Part shown: piece after piece, positions 20,520-30,046 of the stretch
Numbering within the stretch: position 1 is the stretch's first letter
Layout of the letters: every line of letters begins with the position of its first letter
Origin: an uncultured Spirochaetota bacterium
Lineage (GTDB): Bacteria > Spirochaetota > Spirochaetia > SZUA-6 > Fen-1364
Reading direction: 5' to 3'
Length of the DNA: 64,000 nt
Assembly (NCBI GenBank): GCA_963845535.1
Contig: CAWJSK010000012.1
Coordinates: 544,001-608,000 of the forward strand
Position numbers and translations under genes: made by a program
The notes under the pieces: generated by a model
What the model was told of the DNA's origin: nothing
What the model saw: only the letters and a program-made list of their open reading frames with translations
Database searches by the model: none

Positions 20520-21759
20520 TGACCTTCCTCCGGCCGACCTTGATCGGCACACGGGGGAGCTTCTGGCTGAAGAAGCCCGGCTCGAGGGGGCTGCTCGTGA
20601 TATGGATTCCCGCCTCTCAGGGCTCAAGGACATCGACCTGCTCCTCGCCCTGGCGCGCGTGAAGCTGCGGCTGTGCCTGGCCATGATGAAACGGGCCGAA
20701 GGACGCGGAAGGAGCAGCTTCGAGAGCCTGGAGGTACCCGTAGGGCGGCGGGCTGCAAGCGCCATACGGATCGTGGAAAGTCTCGTATCGCAGAACGTTT
20801 CCGAGGACCAGCACGGCATCGTCCAAACAAGCCCCTTATTCGCGGAAACAAAAAGGCTTCTTGAGGAGTTTCTGATCTCCGGCGGGGGAGGATTCCTGGA
20901 GCCGCTCCAGCTCGACGAGCACAAGACCCGCGTCCTCTCCCGGACTGTGGCTACCTCAATCCGGAAGTTCATGGGAGAGGATGACCGCTACCCTCCCCTG
21001 GACATCGAGAGGTTCCCGCCTTTTTTGCAAACGCTTCTCCTGACGCTCTTCCCGGTTTTCATCCGGCTTCGACCACAGAAGCCGCCGTACGGCATCGAGG
21101 AAGGAGAGGAGGTGACGTACACCTCCCCCGCCATGCGCGTTCCACTCTCCCAGGCAATCCATTACATGGAAAACGAGCTTCTGCCGGAGCTGGAACGCAG
21201 GCTCGCCGCTGACCCCGGCCACCCGGACCTCCAGGAAGAGGAGAGGAAGATCCGCGCGCAGCTCGAGCAGTACAGGAGCATGCGTGTCCTTCCGCGCGCG
21301 GCGCCGGTGCTTCCCCTGGCGAAGGGCCTTCATACCGAAGGGATGACCGGGTTCACGCTGGACGGAGAGGTCCTCGTCTCCCTGCCCCTTGCGGTCAAGT
21401 TCCGCAGCGGGACGAACCTGGACAGGAAGATGGAGCTGGTTCGCATGGACGTTGTGCGCCGCATTGCCGGGCGCGGGGTGAGCGCGGAGATAGACCGGGA
21501 GTACAGGCACCTGAAAAGCATCCAGAGCGGCAGGCGCGGCAGCTCCCGAACGCCGAGCATGAAGCTGGATCCATCCTGGGGCTACTGGGTCCTGCGCCAG
21601 GACTTCCCTTTTCTTTCGCGGCTCTCGGACAAGGACCGGTTCCAGGAGCTGGTCCAGGTTGTCAGGTCGGGTTCCCTGGGAGACGCGGAGCGGTTCATCG
21701 AGGCAGTCATCTCACGGGACCAGGGCTCGAAGCAGGCAGCCGCGCTCCCCGGCCCGTAG
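20506..21759 (+). CDS. Hypothetical protein
   Basis: Long ORF with genome-like codon usage, AGGAG RBS, overlaps DinB stop; no recognised motif. Confidence 0.65.
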   Translation: MPGGNDLPPADLDRHTGELLAEEARLEGAARDMDSRLSGLKDIDLLLALARVKLRLCLAMMKRAEGRGRSSFESLEVPVGRRAASAIRIVESLVSQNVSEDQHGIVQTSPLFAETKRLLEEFLISGGGGFLEPLQLDEHKTRVLSRTVATSIRKFMGEDDRYPPLDIERFPPFLQTLLLTLFPVFIRLRPQKPPYGIEEGEEVTYTSPAMRVPLSQAIHYMENELLPELERRLAADPGHPDLQEEERKIRAQLEQYRSMRVLPRAAPVLPLAKGLHTEGMTGFTLDGEVLVSLPLAVKFRSGTNLDRKMELVRMDVVRRIAGRGVSAEIDREYRHLKSIQSGRRGSSRTPSMKLDPSWGYWVLRQDFPFLSRLSDKDRFQELVQVVRSGSLGDAERFIEAVISRDQGSKQAAALPGP

Positions 21760-22371
21760 TCAAAGAAAGCGCTCGAAGCGTTCCTTCTTGGCTTTGCAGA
21801 CAGGGCACACGGCAGGGGGCTGCGCCCGGGCGCACAGGTAGCCGCAGACGCGGCAGCGCCACACGGGGAAGCCGAGTGAGCCGAGGCCGGCCGCGGGAGC
21901 GAGCCGCGGCGCGCTTGCGTCAGCGGCGACGCCACCCGGCGGACCTCCAGAGGCGGCAGCCTCCCCCTTCTCCCCAGCGGCCGCGGATGCCCGCGTCTCC
22001 GGTCTGCGCTCGGGAATCCTGGCAGCCTTCTTCTTCCCGTCCACCACGTCCTGGGAAACGTACAGGGCGCAATAGCATGTGTCGTACTGGTCCAGGTCGG
22101 GGTCCCGGTAGTCGCACGGGCAGATGATGTCGAGGTCTTCTTCCTTGGAACCGGAGGCAAGCCTGCAGGGACATGCCCAGTAGCCGTAGCGCGCCTCGTT
22201 CACGAGCAACCCTTCGATGAGCCCCTTGGTGAACGTGACGTTGGGATTCAGGTGGTATCCCGAGCTTTCCGCCTCCGCCGTAAGGCGCTCGAAGAGCTGT
22301 TGCACCTGTTCGGGAGTGATGACGGGCTCCTGGCCGGCCGCTCCCCGGCCGCTCCTCGAATCTTCGCTCAT
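21760..22371 (-). CDS. Ferredoxin:thioredoxin reductase catalytic-like domain fused to rubredoxin-like domain (ferredoxin:disulfide reductase)
   Basis: CPC...CPC...CYC plus C-terminal CRVCGY...CPVC. Confidence 0.9.
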   Translation of the reverse strand: MSEDSRSGRGAAGQEPVITPEQVQQLFERLTAEAESSGYHLNPNVTFTKGLIEGLLVNEARYGYWACPCRLASGSKEEDLDIICPCDYRDPDLDQYDTCYCALYVSQDVVDGKKKAARIPERRPETRASAAAGEKGEAAASGGPPGGVAADASAPRLAPAAGLGSLGFPVWRCRVCGYLCARAQPPAVCPVCKAKKERFERFL

Positions 22372-22430
22372 CCAGCTTCCTTCCCTCGACGCGCGCTCAT
22401 GCTGCTACCCTCATCGGGCTCCCGCGCCCG

Positions 22431-22718
22431 TCAGGCCTTCACTCCGATCTTTTCCTTGATCTCCAGCTCATCAAAGCCGGAGACGCATTCCTTGTCATTG
22501 ATCACGATGGTAGGGTAGGAACCGTCCGGGTTCCACTTGCGGATCTCTTTTTTGACCGCGTCCTTCTGCTCCCCGGGCAGCAGGTCGACGTCCACGTACT
22601 CGTAGCCCACCCCGAGGTCCTTCAGGAGGTTCTTTGCCATTCGGCACCACATGCAAGTGCTGAGAGCGTAGACGAGGATTCTCCCCTTGTCGGCACCCTC
22701 CACGCGCTGAAAAGCCAC
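22431..22718 (-). CDS. Glutaredoxin/NrdH-like redoxin
   Basis: YALSTCMWC, SYPTIVI, SGF. Confidence 0.88.
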   Translation of the reverse strand: MAFQRVEGADKGRILVYALSTCMWCRMAKNLLKDLGVGYEYVDVDLLPGEQKDAVKKEIRKWNPDGSYPTIVINDKECVSGFDELEIKEKIGVKA

Positions 22719-22780
22719 GGTGTCCCCCTTGCTGCAAGGATACCGCCGAAACCGGGATCGGATCAATCAGCCGAGCCGGC

Positions 22781-23575
22781 TCAGCGGGCCCGGGCGGTCC
22801 TGCGGGTCCGTACCGTTCCCGCTCCCGTGCGCTTCACCATCGCGCGATAATGGGCCGTCAGCGCCGGGAAATCCGCAAGCTCCCGCCGGCCTCGCTCGCT
22901 CAGTGCGTAAACTCCGCGCTGCACGCGCTCGAACCACCCGTACACGTTGTCATGGAGGATGGAAAGCGTCTTGGGACCCGTGCCCAGGGCGCGCAAGGCG
23001 GCCGGAGCCATGCTGGCGCGTGGAAGGAGACAGCAGGCGATATGGACCGCGCTCTCCCGGTACGCGGTGACGAGCTTCTTCCTCGTGCTTCCCGCGATAT
23101 TGTAGTCAGCAACCCTTCCCGAGATCTCCGCGAGCACCGCGCGCCGGGATGGCGCGCGCCTCCTGCGGGCAAGCGGCCGTGGATGGAAGACCACGTCCAC
23201 GGGCGGTCCGCCGTTTGAAGGAGAAACGAGGAGGAGACCCAGCTCCAGTCTCCGTAGCAGATGGAAGACTCCGCGGCTCTCCCTCCACCACTTCCACTTG
23301 CTCGGCGGTCGGGGAACGGCCACGTAGACGGTGTCGGTCATCCGCTGGCGTTGCACGGCTTGCACAACGAGCGCAAGGTTCAGGGTCTTCTTTATCTCGA
23401 CGATGACGAGCTCGTCGCCGCGGAGGGCGGCGATGTCGCAGTCCTTGACCTCGCTGCGCACCGTGTACCCCTGGCCCGCAAGCCAGTCGCACAGCGGCGG
23501 GGCCAGGTCCGTCTCCGCAAGGGTCTTCCCGGCAGCCGGGGCTTGCGCTGGAGGAGCGCGCCGCGCGGCGGTCAC
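22781..23575 (-). CDS. DUF2161-like putative PD-(D/E)xK protein
   Basis: GYTVRSEV..CDI...IVEIK, VTAYRE, NVYGWFER..RGVY. Confidence 0.8.
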   Translation of the reverse strand: MTAARRAPPAQAPAAGKTLAETDLAPPLCDWLAGQGYTVRSEVKDCDIAALRGDELVIVEIKKTLNLALVVQAVQRQRMTDTVYVAVPRPPSKWKWWRESRGVFHLLRRLELGLLLVSPSNGGPPVDVVFHPRPLARRRRAPSRRAVLAEISGRVADYNIAGSTRKKLVTAYRESAVHIACCLLPRASMAPAALRALGTGPKTLSILHDNVYGWFERVQRGVYALSERGRRELADFPALTAHYRAMVKRTGAGTVRTRRTARAR

Positions 23576-24396
23576 GGGCGCTCCTCCACGGCGCAGGAGG
23601 CAGGGCGCATGTCCTGCAGCAGAGGCAGCCGCGCGCGAAAAGAATCCACGGCCCGGTTGTCGCACTCCGCGGCAATGACGCCCTCATGACCCTCCGGTGC
23701 GCGCGCCAGGATGTTCCCGTGCGGGTCCACGATCAGGCTTTCACCGTGGAAAGGAGCGTTCCCGAAGCTTCCTTGCGCCGCGGCGCCGGCAACGAAAATG
23801 CCGTTGTCCAACGCGCGCGCCCTGACGGCCAGCTCCCACTCCGCCGTCGGTCCGAACCATGCCGATCCGACCAACGCGTGCGTGACCCCGCGCGTCGCCA
23901 GGGCGCGCGCGGCCTCGGGGAACCGGGTGTCGTAGCAGATCCACATGCCGCATCGCAGGCCGTCCAGGCCGAAGGAGACGAGGCGCTTCCCCTCGGCGGC
24001 CCAACCCCGCTCGGTCACCCACAGGTGGATTTTGCGGTAGACAATCGGCGCCGCGCCGTCCGTGTCCAGAAACACCATGCTGTTGGAGAGCCCGTCAGGG
24101 GCGCGCTCCGGGAACCCGAAGCACAACGCCACTCCTGTCTGGCGCGCCACGGCGTGAAGCCGGGAGATTTCCGGCCCGCCAGCGCTGACGGCAAGCCGCG
24201 CCGCCTCGGACGGCGAACAGTACCCGCTCAGGCAAAGCTCGGGGAAAACGACAACCCGTGCGCGCATGCGGGCCGCCTCCGCGGCCATTTCGGCCATGAG
24301 GGATGTGTTGCGGGGAAGGTCACCCGAAGCGCACACGAGCTGCGCGCACGCTATGACGGGGCTTTTGCCGGACGCGGATTGGCGTGCAATGCCCAT
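23572..24396 (-). CDS. Carbon-nitrogen hydrolase (nitrilase family)
   Basis: FPEL, YRKIHL, ICYDTRFPE (E-K-C triad). Confidence 0.9.
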   Translation of the reverse strand: MGIARQSASGKSPVIACAQLVCASGDLPRNTSLMAEMAAEAARMRARVVVFPELCLSGYCSPSEAARLAVSAGGPEISRLHAVARQTGVALCFGFPERAPDGLSNSMVFLDTDGAAPIVYRKIHLWVTERGWAAEGKRLVSFGLDGLRCGMWICYDTRFPEAARALATRGVTHALVGSAWFGPTAEWELAVRARALDNGIFVAGAAAQGSFGNAPFHGESLIVDPHGNILARAPEGHEGVIAAECDNRAVDSFRARLPLLQDMRPASCAVEERP

Positions 24397-24444
24397 TCAA
24401 CCCCTCCCGCGCCTACGATATGCCGGCGGCGGAGGACGTTCAAG

Positions 24445-25203
24445 TCAGGGATTTGCCTTGATGAAAGCCTGGCTCATTGCGTCCAGCTTGTCAGGGACGG
24501 GATAGATGATCTTGTTGTTCGTGAAATCGAAATACTCCCGCATGTCCCTGTTGAAGACCCTGCCTCTCCCTTCGAGGAGACCGATCCATGCCCCCCCGTA
24601 ATTGAAAAAGACGATGTGCCGCACATCCAGCTTGTCGAGCACATTGCCGAGCAGGTAGACCAGCCAGTCGTCGACGTCGATGAGCACGCCGCCGTCAGCA
24701 AGAGCCAGGTCGTACACCGGCGAGTAGACGGAGGGGTTTTGCGGGTCCGTGTACGACGTTCGGGTCACGTGAAACTCCAGTGTTTCCGTGGAGCGCAGCG
24801 TCCCCGGGTGGTACCCGAGAAAGGAGAAGGGGATGGGGATGACCACATCCCCCTTGAACACGAGCGTGATCTCGCGGCTTCCCGCCTCGAAGTCGTTATG
24901 CTGGACGACCCTCGTCACAAGGTCGAAAGGGAACTTCACCTTGGACTGGAACTCCGTCAGGATGGCCCGCATCTGAGCGTTGTCGATGTCCACGTCCAGG
25001 CCGGTAAGCACGATCCCCAGCGCGTAAGCGAAAAATGTGTCCTTCACGGCGGAAACGCTCACGTGCCTGCCGGGCGGTGTTCCGGGCGAGGGCAGCGTCT
25101 GGACGGCGGGCATGACCTGCGGCGCGGGGGCTGCCTGCGCACAGAGACTCATCGCCGTGATGAGAAAGAGAATGACAGCCGGCAGGATCACCGTGCGCTT
25201 CAT
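24445..25203 (-). CDS. Hypothetical exported protein
   Basis: Signal peptide and Pro-rich linker; genome-like codon usage. Confidence 0.65.
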   Translation of the reverse strand: MKRTVILPAVILFLITAMSLCAQAAPAPQVMPAVQTLPSPGTPPGRHVSVSAVKDTFFAYALGIVLTGLDVDIDNAQMRAILTEFQSKVKFPFDLVTRVVQHNDFEAGSREITLVFKGDVVIPIPFSFLGYHPGTLRSTETLEFHVTRTSYTDPQNPSVYSPVYDLALADGGVLIDVDDWLVYLLGNVLDKLDVRHIVFFNYGGAWIGLLEGRGRVFNRDMREYFDFTNNKIIYPVPDKLDAMSQAFIKANP

Positions 25204-25228
25204 GTGGACTGACCTGTCTCAAAGATAC

Positions 25229-25741
25229 TCACGAGGGATGCCGCGGACGCCAGCTCTCCGTGGAGACCTCGCCGTCCTCCCGGATCCGGCAAACCTCGAA
25301 CCTGACCCTCCCCTGCTCGACCGAGCGCGCAATACCGCGCTGGAACGGGCTGAGAGCTGACCTGCCCTGCTTGACCTCCAGGAGCACGATCTCCAGATCC
25401 TCCGCCGCCGCGCCCTCGTCCCTGAGTCCCGTGTAGCCGTCGAAGACGACATAGTCGATGGGGTCTCCTAGAAAGCGCGCGTCCGCCGGACGATATGGAA
25501 AACCGGGCAGGAGCGGCGCCATCTGCTCCGCGATCTGCCCTTTCAGCGAGCTCCTGGCGCGCTCCACGCTGTCTTTTCGCGCGGAGAGCAGGTCCTTCTC
25601 ATGGCCCTGGAGAAGCGACTCGATGCGGGCGTTGGCGCGCCTGCGCTCAGACTGCCAGATCAGGACGACGACAATCAGGCCAAGGATGGCTGCAAGCGTG
25701 AGCAGGGCGAGATAGACAACGGCTTGCGGATCGCTCTGCAT
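25229..25741 (-). CDS. Membrane-anchored Holliday junction resolvase-like endonuclease (Endonuc_Holl family)
   Basis: N-terminal TM; GQIAEQMAP, RFLGDPIDYVVFDG, LEVK. Confidence 0.85.
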   Translation of the reverse strand: MQSDPQAVVYLALLTLAAILGLIVVVLIWQSERRRANARIESLLQGHEKDLLSARKDSVERARSSLKGQIAEQMAPLLPGFPYRPADARFLGDPIDYVVFDGYTGLRDEGAAAEDLEIVLLEVKQGRSALSPFQRGIARSVEQGRVRFEVCRIREDGEVSTESWRPRHPS

Positions 25742-25757
25742 GGCGGGCCCGGGGGCG

Positions 25758-26027
25758 CTACTGCGTCGGCCCTTCCGTCATCTTTTCAAGCTTCTCGCGC
25801 AGCTCGTCGTAGGCGCGCGCGAGCGTCCGGTCCTCCGTGTGGTTCGATTCGGAGGCCAGGCCATTGATGATCCCGTGAAGCTCGGCGGCTGTAAACTCGA
25901 TGTGATACCTGTTGCCCGTAATCCGGGTCGAAACGAGTTTCTTCTCGACCTCAGGGCTGATGTGGAGGATGTTCAGCACGAGCTCTCTTTCACTACGGGA
26001 GAGCTCCACGGTGAGCGACGTATCCAT
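25758..26027 (-). CDS. Small hypothetical protein
   Basis: ORF with upstream TTGCAC-17-TAGTAT promoter-like sequence. Confidence 0.55.
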   Translation of the reverse strand: MDTSLTVELSRSERELVLNILHISPEVEKKLVSTRITGNRYHIEFTAAELHGIINGLASESNHTEDRTLARAYDELREKLEKMTEGPTQ

Positions 26028-26079
26028 GAGCGGATACTAACCCTTTCCCCCGGCGTGTGCAATCACAAGAAGAGGGGTG

Positions 26080-26841
26080 TCACAGCGCAAAAGGGCTTTC
26101 CATGAAATAATACCAGCGGCTCCGCGGAGCGACGGCGGACGGGATGGCGTCGAACCATGCGAATCGGTACCCGTGGCGGAAAAGCTCGTGGAGGACGCGG
26201 TACATCGTGACGAGGAACTCCGGCGTGCGCTCGGCAAGGCCGGCAAGATCGTCATTGCTCAGGTCAGGCAGGGTGAGGAAGAGGGGCCCGGTATAGATGA
26301 TCCCGCGGCGCGGCGCGGGGTCCGCTTCGGTCCAGTCAATGACGCTCCGCGCCTCAAGCTCCTCCAGCCTGAGCTCGGGAGGCTTCACGAGAGGGTCATC
26401 CACGTCCCACTCGCAGGAAACATAAGGCCAGGGCTTGCCATCCGGCGTCCTGATGCCTTCCTTCCATGAAAAACGCATCCCGAAGTGCCGCATGCACAGC
26501 GCGGCGTTCCATGTCAGGAGCGGGCTCGTCCCGAACTTCAGCCGGCCGGTCTTGTGCTCGCGCAGGTAGTCCCCGGCCTGATTCAACAGCCCCGTACCGA
26601 TCCCCATTCCCCGCCAGGCCGGCAGGACTTCGATCCCGGCGAGGGCGAAAAAGACTCCGCCCGCATCCCTGTCTGGGTAGACCGAGATCCACCCCAGAAG
26701 CTGTTCCGTGCCCGGATCCACGGCGGCGATCTTTTCTCCGCGCTTCTCACGCAGCCTGCGAAGCTCCTCCGCGTGGGTCCCCGGCCCCCGCCAGAGGTCT
26801 TCCCGCCGGCCGGAAAGAAGGCGCATGTATGCAACGTTCAT
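26080..26841 (-). CDS. GNAT family acetyltransferase
   Basis: V.PAWRGMGIGTGLL acetyl-CoA motif. Confidence 0.75.
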   Translation of the reverse strand: MNVAYMRLLSGRREDLWRGPGTHAEELRRLREKRGEKIAAVDPGTEQLLGWISVYPDRDAGGVFFALAGIEVLPAWRGMGIGTGLLNQAGDYLREHKTGRLKFGTSPLLTWNAALCMRHFGMRFSWKEGIRTPDGKPWPYVSCEWDVDDPLVKPPELRLEELEARSVIDWTEADPAPRRGIIYTGPLFLTLPDLSNDDLAGLAERTPEFLVTMYRVLHELFRHGYRFAWFDAIPSAVAPRSRWYYFMESPFAL

Positions 26842-26951
26842 ATTCCCTGACTGTCACCTTAGAATATCGGCAGGCGGAGAGGCCTCTGACAGGCGGACAG
26901 GCGCACACCCGTACAGGCCGACGGAGACGACCCGCGCTTGCAGAGACCTTT

Positions 26952-26980
26952 TTGCAATCTGAAATGTTCATTACTATACT
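26952..26980 (+). promoter_or_regulatory. Sigma70-like promoter for the MBL-cNMP-hemerythrin gene
   Basis: TTGCAA-17-TATACT. Confidence 0.6.
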
Positions 26981-27032
26981 AGTGTGGAGGCGCAATCATT
27001 CCAATAGTAAAAAATAACGGGATCATCGCTGC

Positions 27033-29687
27033 ATGAAAAAGGTGAAGGTGACAAACGGGGTCTACTGGGTGGAGATTCCCGAGGCGGACCTTTTCATCCT
27101 CTGCGGCTGCCCCGCTGACAGCGTCAAGCATCTCATGAAAGCCGGTCATATTGTGGACCGGGAAAAGAACGGAGTCCCCGCCCAGACGGGCCCGAACGCA
27201 ATCCTGCTGTCCGACACCACCATGCAGCATGGCGCCTTCTCGAACCTCGCCGAGTTCCCGGTCCTCCAGATGCTCTACCTGCAAGGCATGATCCTTCCCA
27301 ATCACCCCAACAATACCGGCAGAAAACCAATGCTCATCGGGCTGGAGGACCAGGTCAGGAGCCAGAGCGACTACATCTACCGCGGCACCTACGGCCTGGC
27401 ATCGCTCGCCGAGATCAAGGAAACCGGCGTTCCCGAAGACCTTGCCCGCGAGATGCTGCGGATCAAGAGATGGTTCGCTTTCGACAACATCAGGCGCACC
27501 GAGGACCTGCTGGACCTGCGGATCGTGGACTCTCCCGCGGTGGAGCTGCGTGAGCGCGCGTTCGTGCGGCGGCGCGGCTTCAACCGCTACGAGTTCATCT
27601 ACAAGGGCAATGCCGTGACGGTGGACCTCAACCTCGCGGAGACCGAAGACTACCTCCCCACCTACCAGATCCCGCAGAAGCGCCTGGGGCGGGAGCATTT
27701 CTCCATCATCCACGTCGGCGAAGGAGACGGGTGGGACGTCACCCGCCCGTGCATGGGGAGCATCGTCTGCTTTCAGGGCAGGACCTACCTCATCGACGCG
27801 GGACCGAACATTCAGCACTCCCTCGCCGCCCTGGGCGTCAGCGGCAATGAGATTGCCGGAATTTTCCACACCCACGGGCATGACGACCATTTTGCCGGCC
27901 TCACGTCGCTCGCCAGGGCGGACCGCCGGGTCCCGTATTTCGCCGTTGCCCCCGTACGGGCCAGCGTCGTAAAAAAATATGCCGCGCTGACCGGAAGGGC
28001 GGACGACACCTTCTTTCGCTACTTCGAGCCCCGCGACCTCATGCTGGAGACCTGGAACCGCCTGGACGGCGGCCTGGAGGTGCTGCCCGTCTTCTCCCCG
28101 CATCCCGTGGAGACCACGGTCTTTTTCTTCCGCGTCGAGCATGGGGCGGGCTACCGCTCCTACGCGCATCTCGCGGACATCAGCGCCTTCGAAGTTCTGA
28201 GGAAGATGGTGACGGAGGATCCGTTGAAGAACGGCATCTCGAAGCGGTTCTATGACGAGGTGACCGCGAGACTCCTCGCGCCGGTGGACGTCAAGAAGAT
28301 CGACGTCGGCGGCGGTCTCATCCACGGGAAAGCGGAAGACTTCGCCTCGGATGCCTCCGGCAAGCGCCTGCTCAGCCACACCTCGTCTCCGCTTACCGAG
28401 AACCAGAAGAAGATCGGGCTTCAGGCGGAGTTCGGACAGGAAGACGTTCTCATCGAGGCCCAATACGACGCGCCGCGGCTGGAAGCGCAGAGGATCCTCC
28501 TGTCCTATTTCCCGGGGCTGGCCATGCGGGACGCCCAGGCAATTGCGGCGTTCCCTCTCCTTCATTTCGCCCCGGGCACCATCATGCAGACCCCCGACAT
28601 TCCCGTTGCCAACGTTTCCCTCCTGGTAAGCGGAATCGTCCATCGGGGGGAATCGCGGGACGGCCCCCACGCCACATTGTCCGCCGGCTCGCTCATCGGC
28701 GAGCTGGAGGCCCTCCATGACCAGAGCCCGACCGGCATGAGCTGGGCGGCGAGCCACGTCACTGCCCTTCGCATCCCGCGGGAGGCGTGGATGGACCTCC
28801 TGCAGCGCCGCGGCCTGCTGGAGACCCTCACGGAAGCGCGCTCCCGGCGCGAGTTCCTCACGAGCACGTGGCTTTTCGGGGAGCTGGCCTCCTTCCCGCT
28901 GCAGAACAGGATTGCCGCGCTCATGGAGCGGCGCGTGGTGAAAGAGGACACGGTGCTGCGGCCCGCGGGCCACGCGGAGCTTCTGCTCATCGCGGATGGG
29001 CTTCTTACGATCTTCCTTGGCAAGATACCGATCGAAAATGCCACCCCGGGAGACTTCTTCGGGGAAGAGTCCATCCTGCGGGGCACGCGGGAGCTTCCGC
29101 GCGGCTGGGAGGAGCGTTTCGCAAGCCAGCGGAAGCGCGAAGCGAAGGGAAGCGGCACGCCGGGCCTTTTCGAGGCGCGCGCGCTCTTGGACTCCACCCT
29201 CTACGCCATTCCGGGGAAAGCCCTGGATGACATCCCGATCGTGCAGTGGAAGCTCATGGAGACCTACGAGCGCAGGCTGAAAAACTTCCGCTCCGAGGTG
29301 CGTTTCGAATGGAATGATGCCTACGGGATCGGGGTCCAGCGGCTGGACAACCAGCACAAGGAGATGTTCCAGATCCTCGACGGCATTTCAGCGATGGCGG
29401 AAGGCCGACAGCCGGGGGACGGTGCAGCCGGCATGGTTGACCGCTTCATAAGCCTGGCCAAGTCCCACCTCCAGTACGAGGAGACCCTCCTCAGCCGGGA
29501 GCCGTCGTCCGGTTTCCAGGACGTGGTCCGCGGGAACGAGGAGTTCCTCCGCAAGCTCGACGGAGTGCGAAAGTATTTGGAAAAGGCGCCCGCGGACGCG
29601 CTGCAGACCACCATCGCCTTCCTCAAGGACTGGGCAATCGACCACTCTCTCGTTGAAAACAGGCGCATGAAAACCGCCCTGAGCTGA
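27033..29687 (+). CDS. Metallo-beta-lactamase-fold hydrolase + two cNMP-binding-like domains + C-terminal hemerythrin-like domain
   Basis: LIDAG, THGHDDH, LIGE and GDFFGEE, W...YGIGV..LD.QH. Confidence 0.85.
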   Translation: MKKVKVTNGVYWVEIPEADLFILCGCPADSVKHLMKAGHIVDREKNGVPAQTGPNAILLSDTTMQHGAFSNLAEFPVLQMLYLQGMILPNHPNNTGRKPMLIGLEDQVRSQSDYIYRGTYGLASLAEIKETGVPEDLAREMLRIKRWFAFDNIRRTEDLLDLRIVDSPAVELRERAFVRRRGFNRYEFIYKGNAVTVDLNLAETEDYLPTYQIPQKRLGREHFSIIHVGEGDGWDVTRPCMGSIVCFQGRTYLIDAGPNIQHSLAALGVSGNEIAGIFHTHGHDDHFAGLTSLARADRRVPYFAVAPVRASVVKKYAALTGRADDTFFRYFEPRDLMLETWNRLDGGLEVLPVFSPHPVETTVFFFRVEHGAGYRSYAHLADISAFEVLRKMVTEDPLKNGISKRFYDEVTARLLAPVDVKKIDVGGGLIHGKAEDFASDASGKRLLSHTSSPLTENQKKIGLQAEFGQEDVLIEAQYDAPRLEAQRILLSYFPGLAMRDAQAIAAFPLLHFAPGTIMQTPDIPVANVSLLVSGIVHRGESRDGPHATLSAGSLIGELEALHDQSPTGMSWAASHVTALRIPREAWMDLLQRRGLLETLTEARSRREFLTSTWLFGELASFPLQNRIAALMERRVVKEDTVLRPAGHAELLLIADGLLTIFLGKIPIENATPGDFFGEESILRGTRELPRGWEERFASQRKREAKGSGTPGLFEARALLDSTLYAIPGKALDDIPIVQWKLMETYERRLKNFRSEVRFEWNDAYGIGVQRLDNQHKEMFQILDGISAMAEGRQPGDGAAGMVDRFISLAKSHLQYEETLLSREPSSGFQDVVRGNEEFLRKLDGVRKYLEKAPADALQTTIAFLKDWAIDHSLVENRRMKTALS

Positions 29688-29734
29688 CGGAGCGCGTTCA
29701 GCGCGGAAAGCTTGAAAAAAGGGAGCCCCGCTCG

Positions 29735-29974
29735 TCAGACCTCGGCCATGGGAACGGATTCGACGCGGGTGACTTCGGGGACGGAGGCTTTCAGCCGGCT
29801 TTCGATCCCCTGGCTCAGCGTGACCTGTGACATGGGACAGCCGCCGCAGGCGCCGGTGAGCCGGACCTTCACCACACCATCCTCGGAAACTTCAACCAGC
29901 TCGACGTCGCCGCCGTCGGCCTGCAGCATGGGTCGGATCTCGTCGATTACCTCTTGCACTCGTTCACGCATCAT
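29735..29974 (-). CDS. NifU/NfuA C-terminal domain protein
   Basis: IRPMLQADGGDVEL, GACGGCP. Confidence 0.93.
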   Translation of the reverse strand: MMRERVQEVIDEIRPMLQADGGDVELVEVSEDGVVKVRLTGACGGCPMSQVTLSQGIESRLKASVPEVTRVESVPMAEV

Positions 29975-30046
29975 ATCTCTCCTTCCTGTTCATACCAAAT
30001 GTCAAGCGTTCTGTCGCGGCTGCCGCTGCGCTGCGCTCTCGTGCTG

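Noticed and set aside
22781..25741. Two PD-(D/E)xK-like genes as a defence island
   Set aside because: Interspersed with a nitrilase and an exported protein; no methylase, ATPase or other defence partners
26979..29357. 792-aa - strand ORF and similar long overlapping ORFs (e.g. 23686-25212, 40217-41794)
   Set aside because: Shadows of motif-bearing genes on the opposite strand
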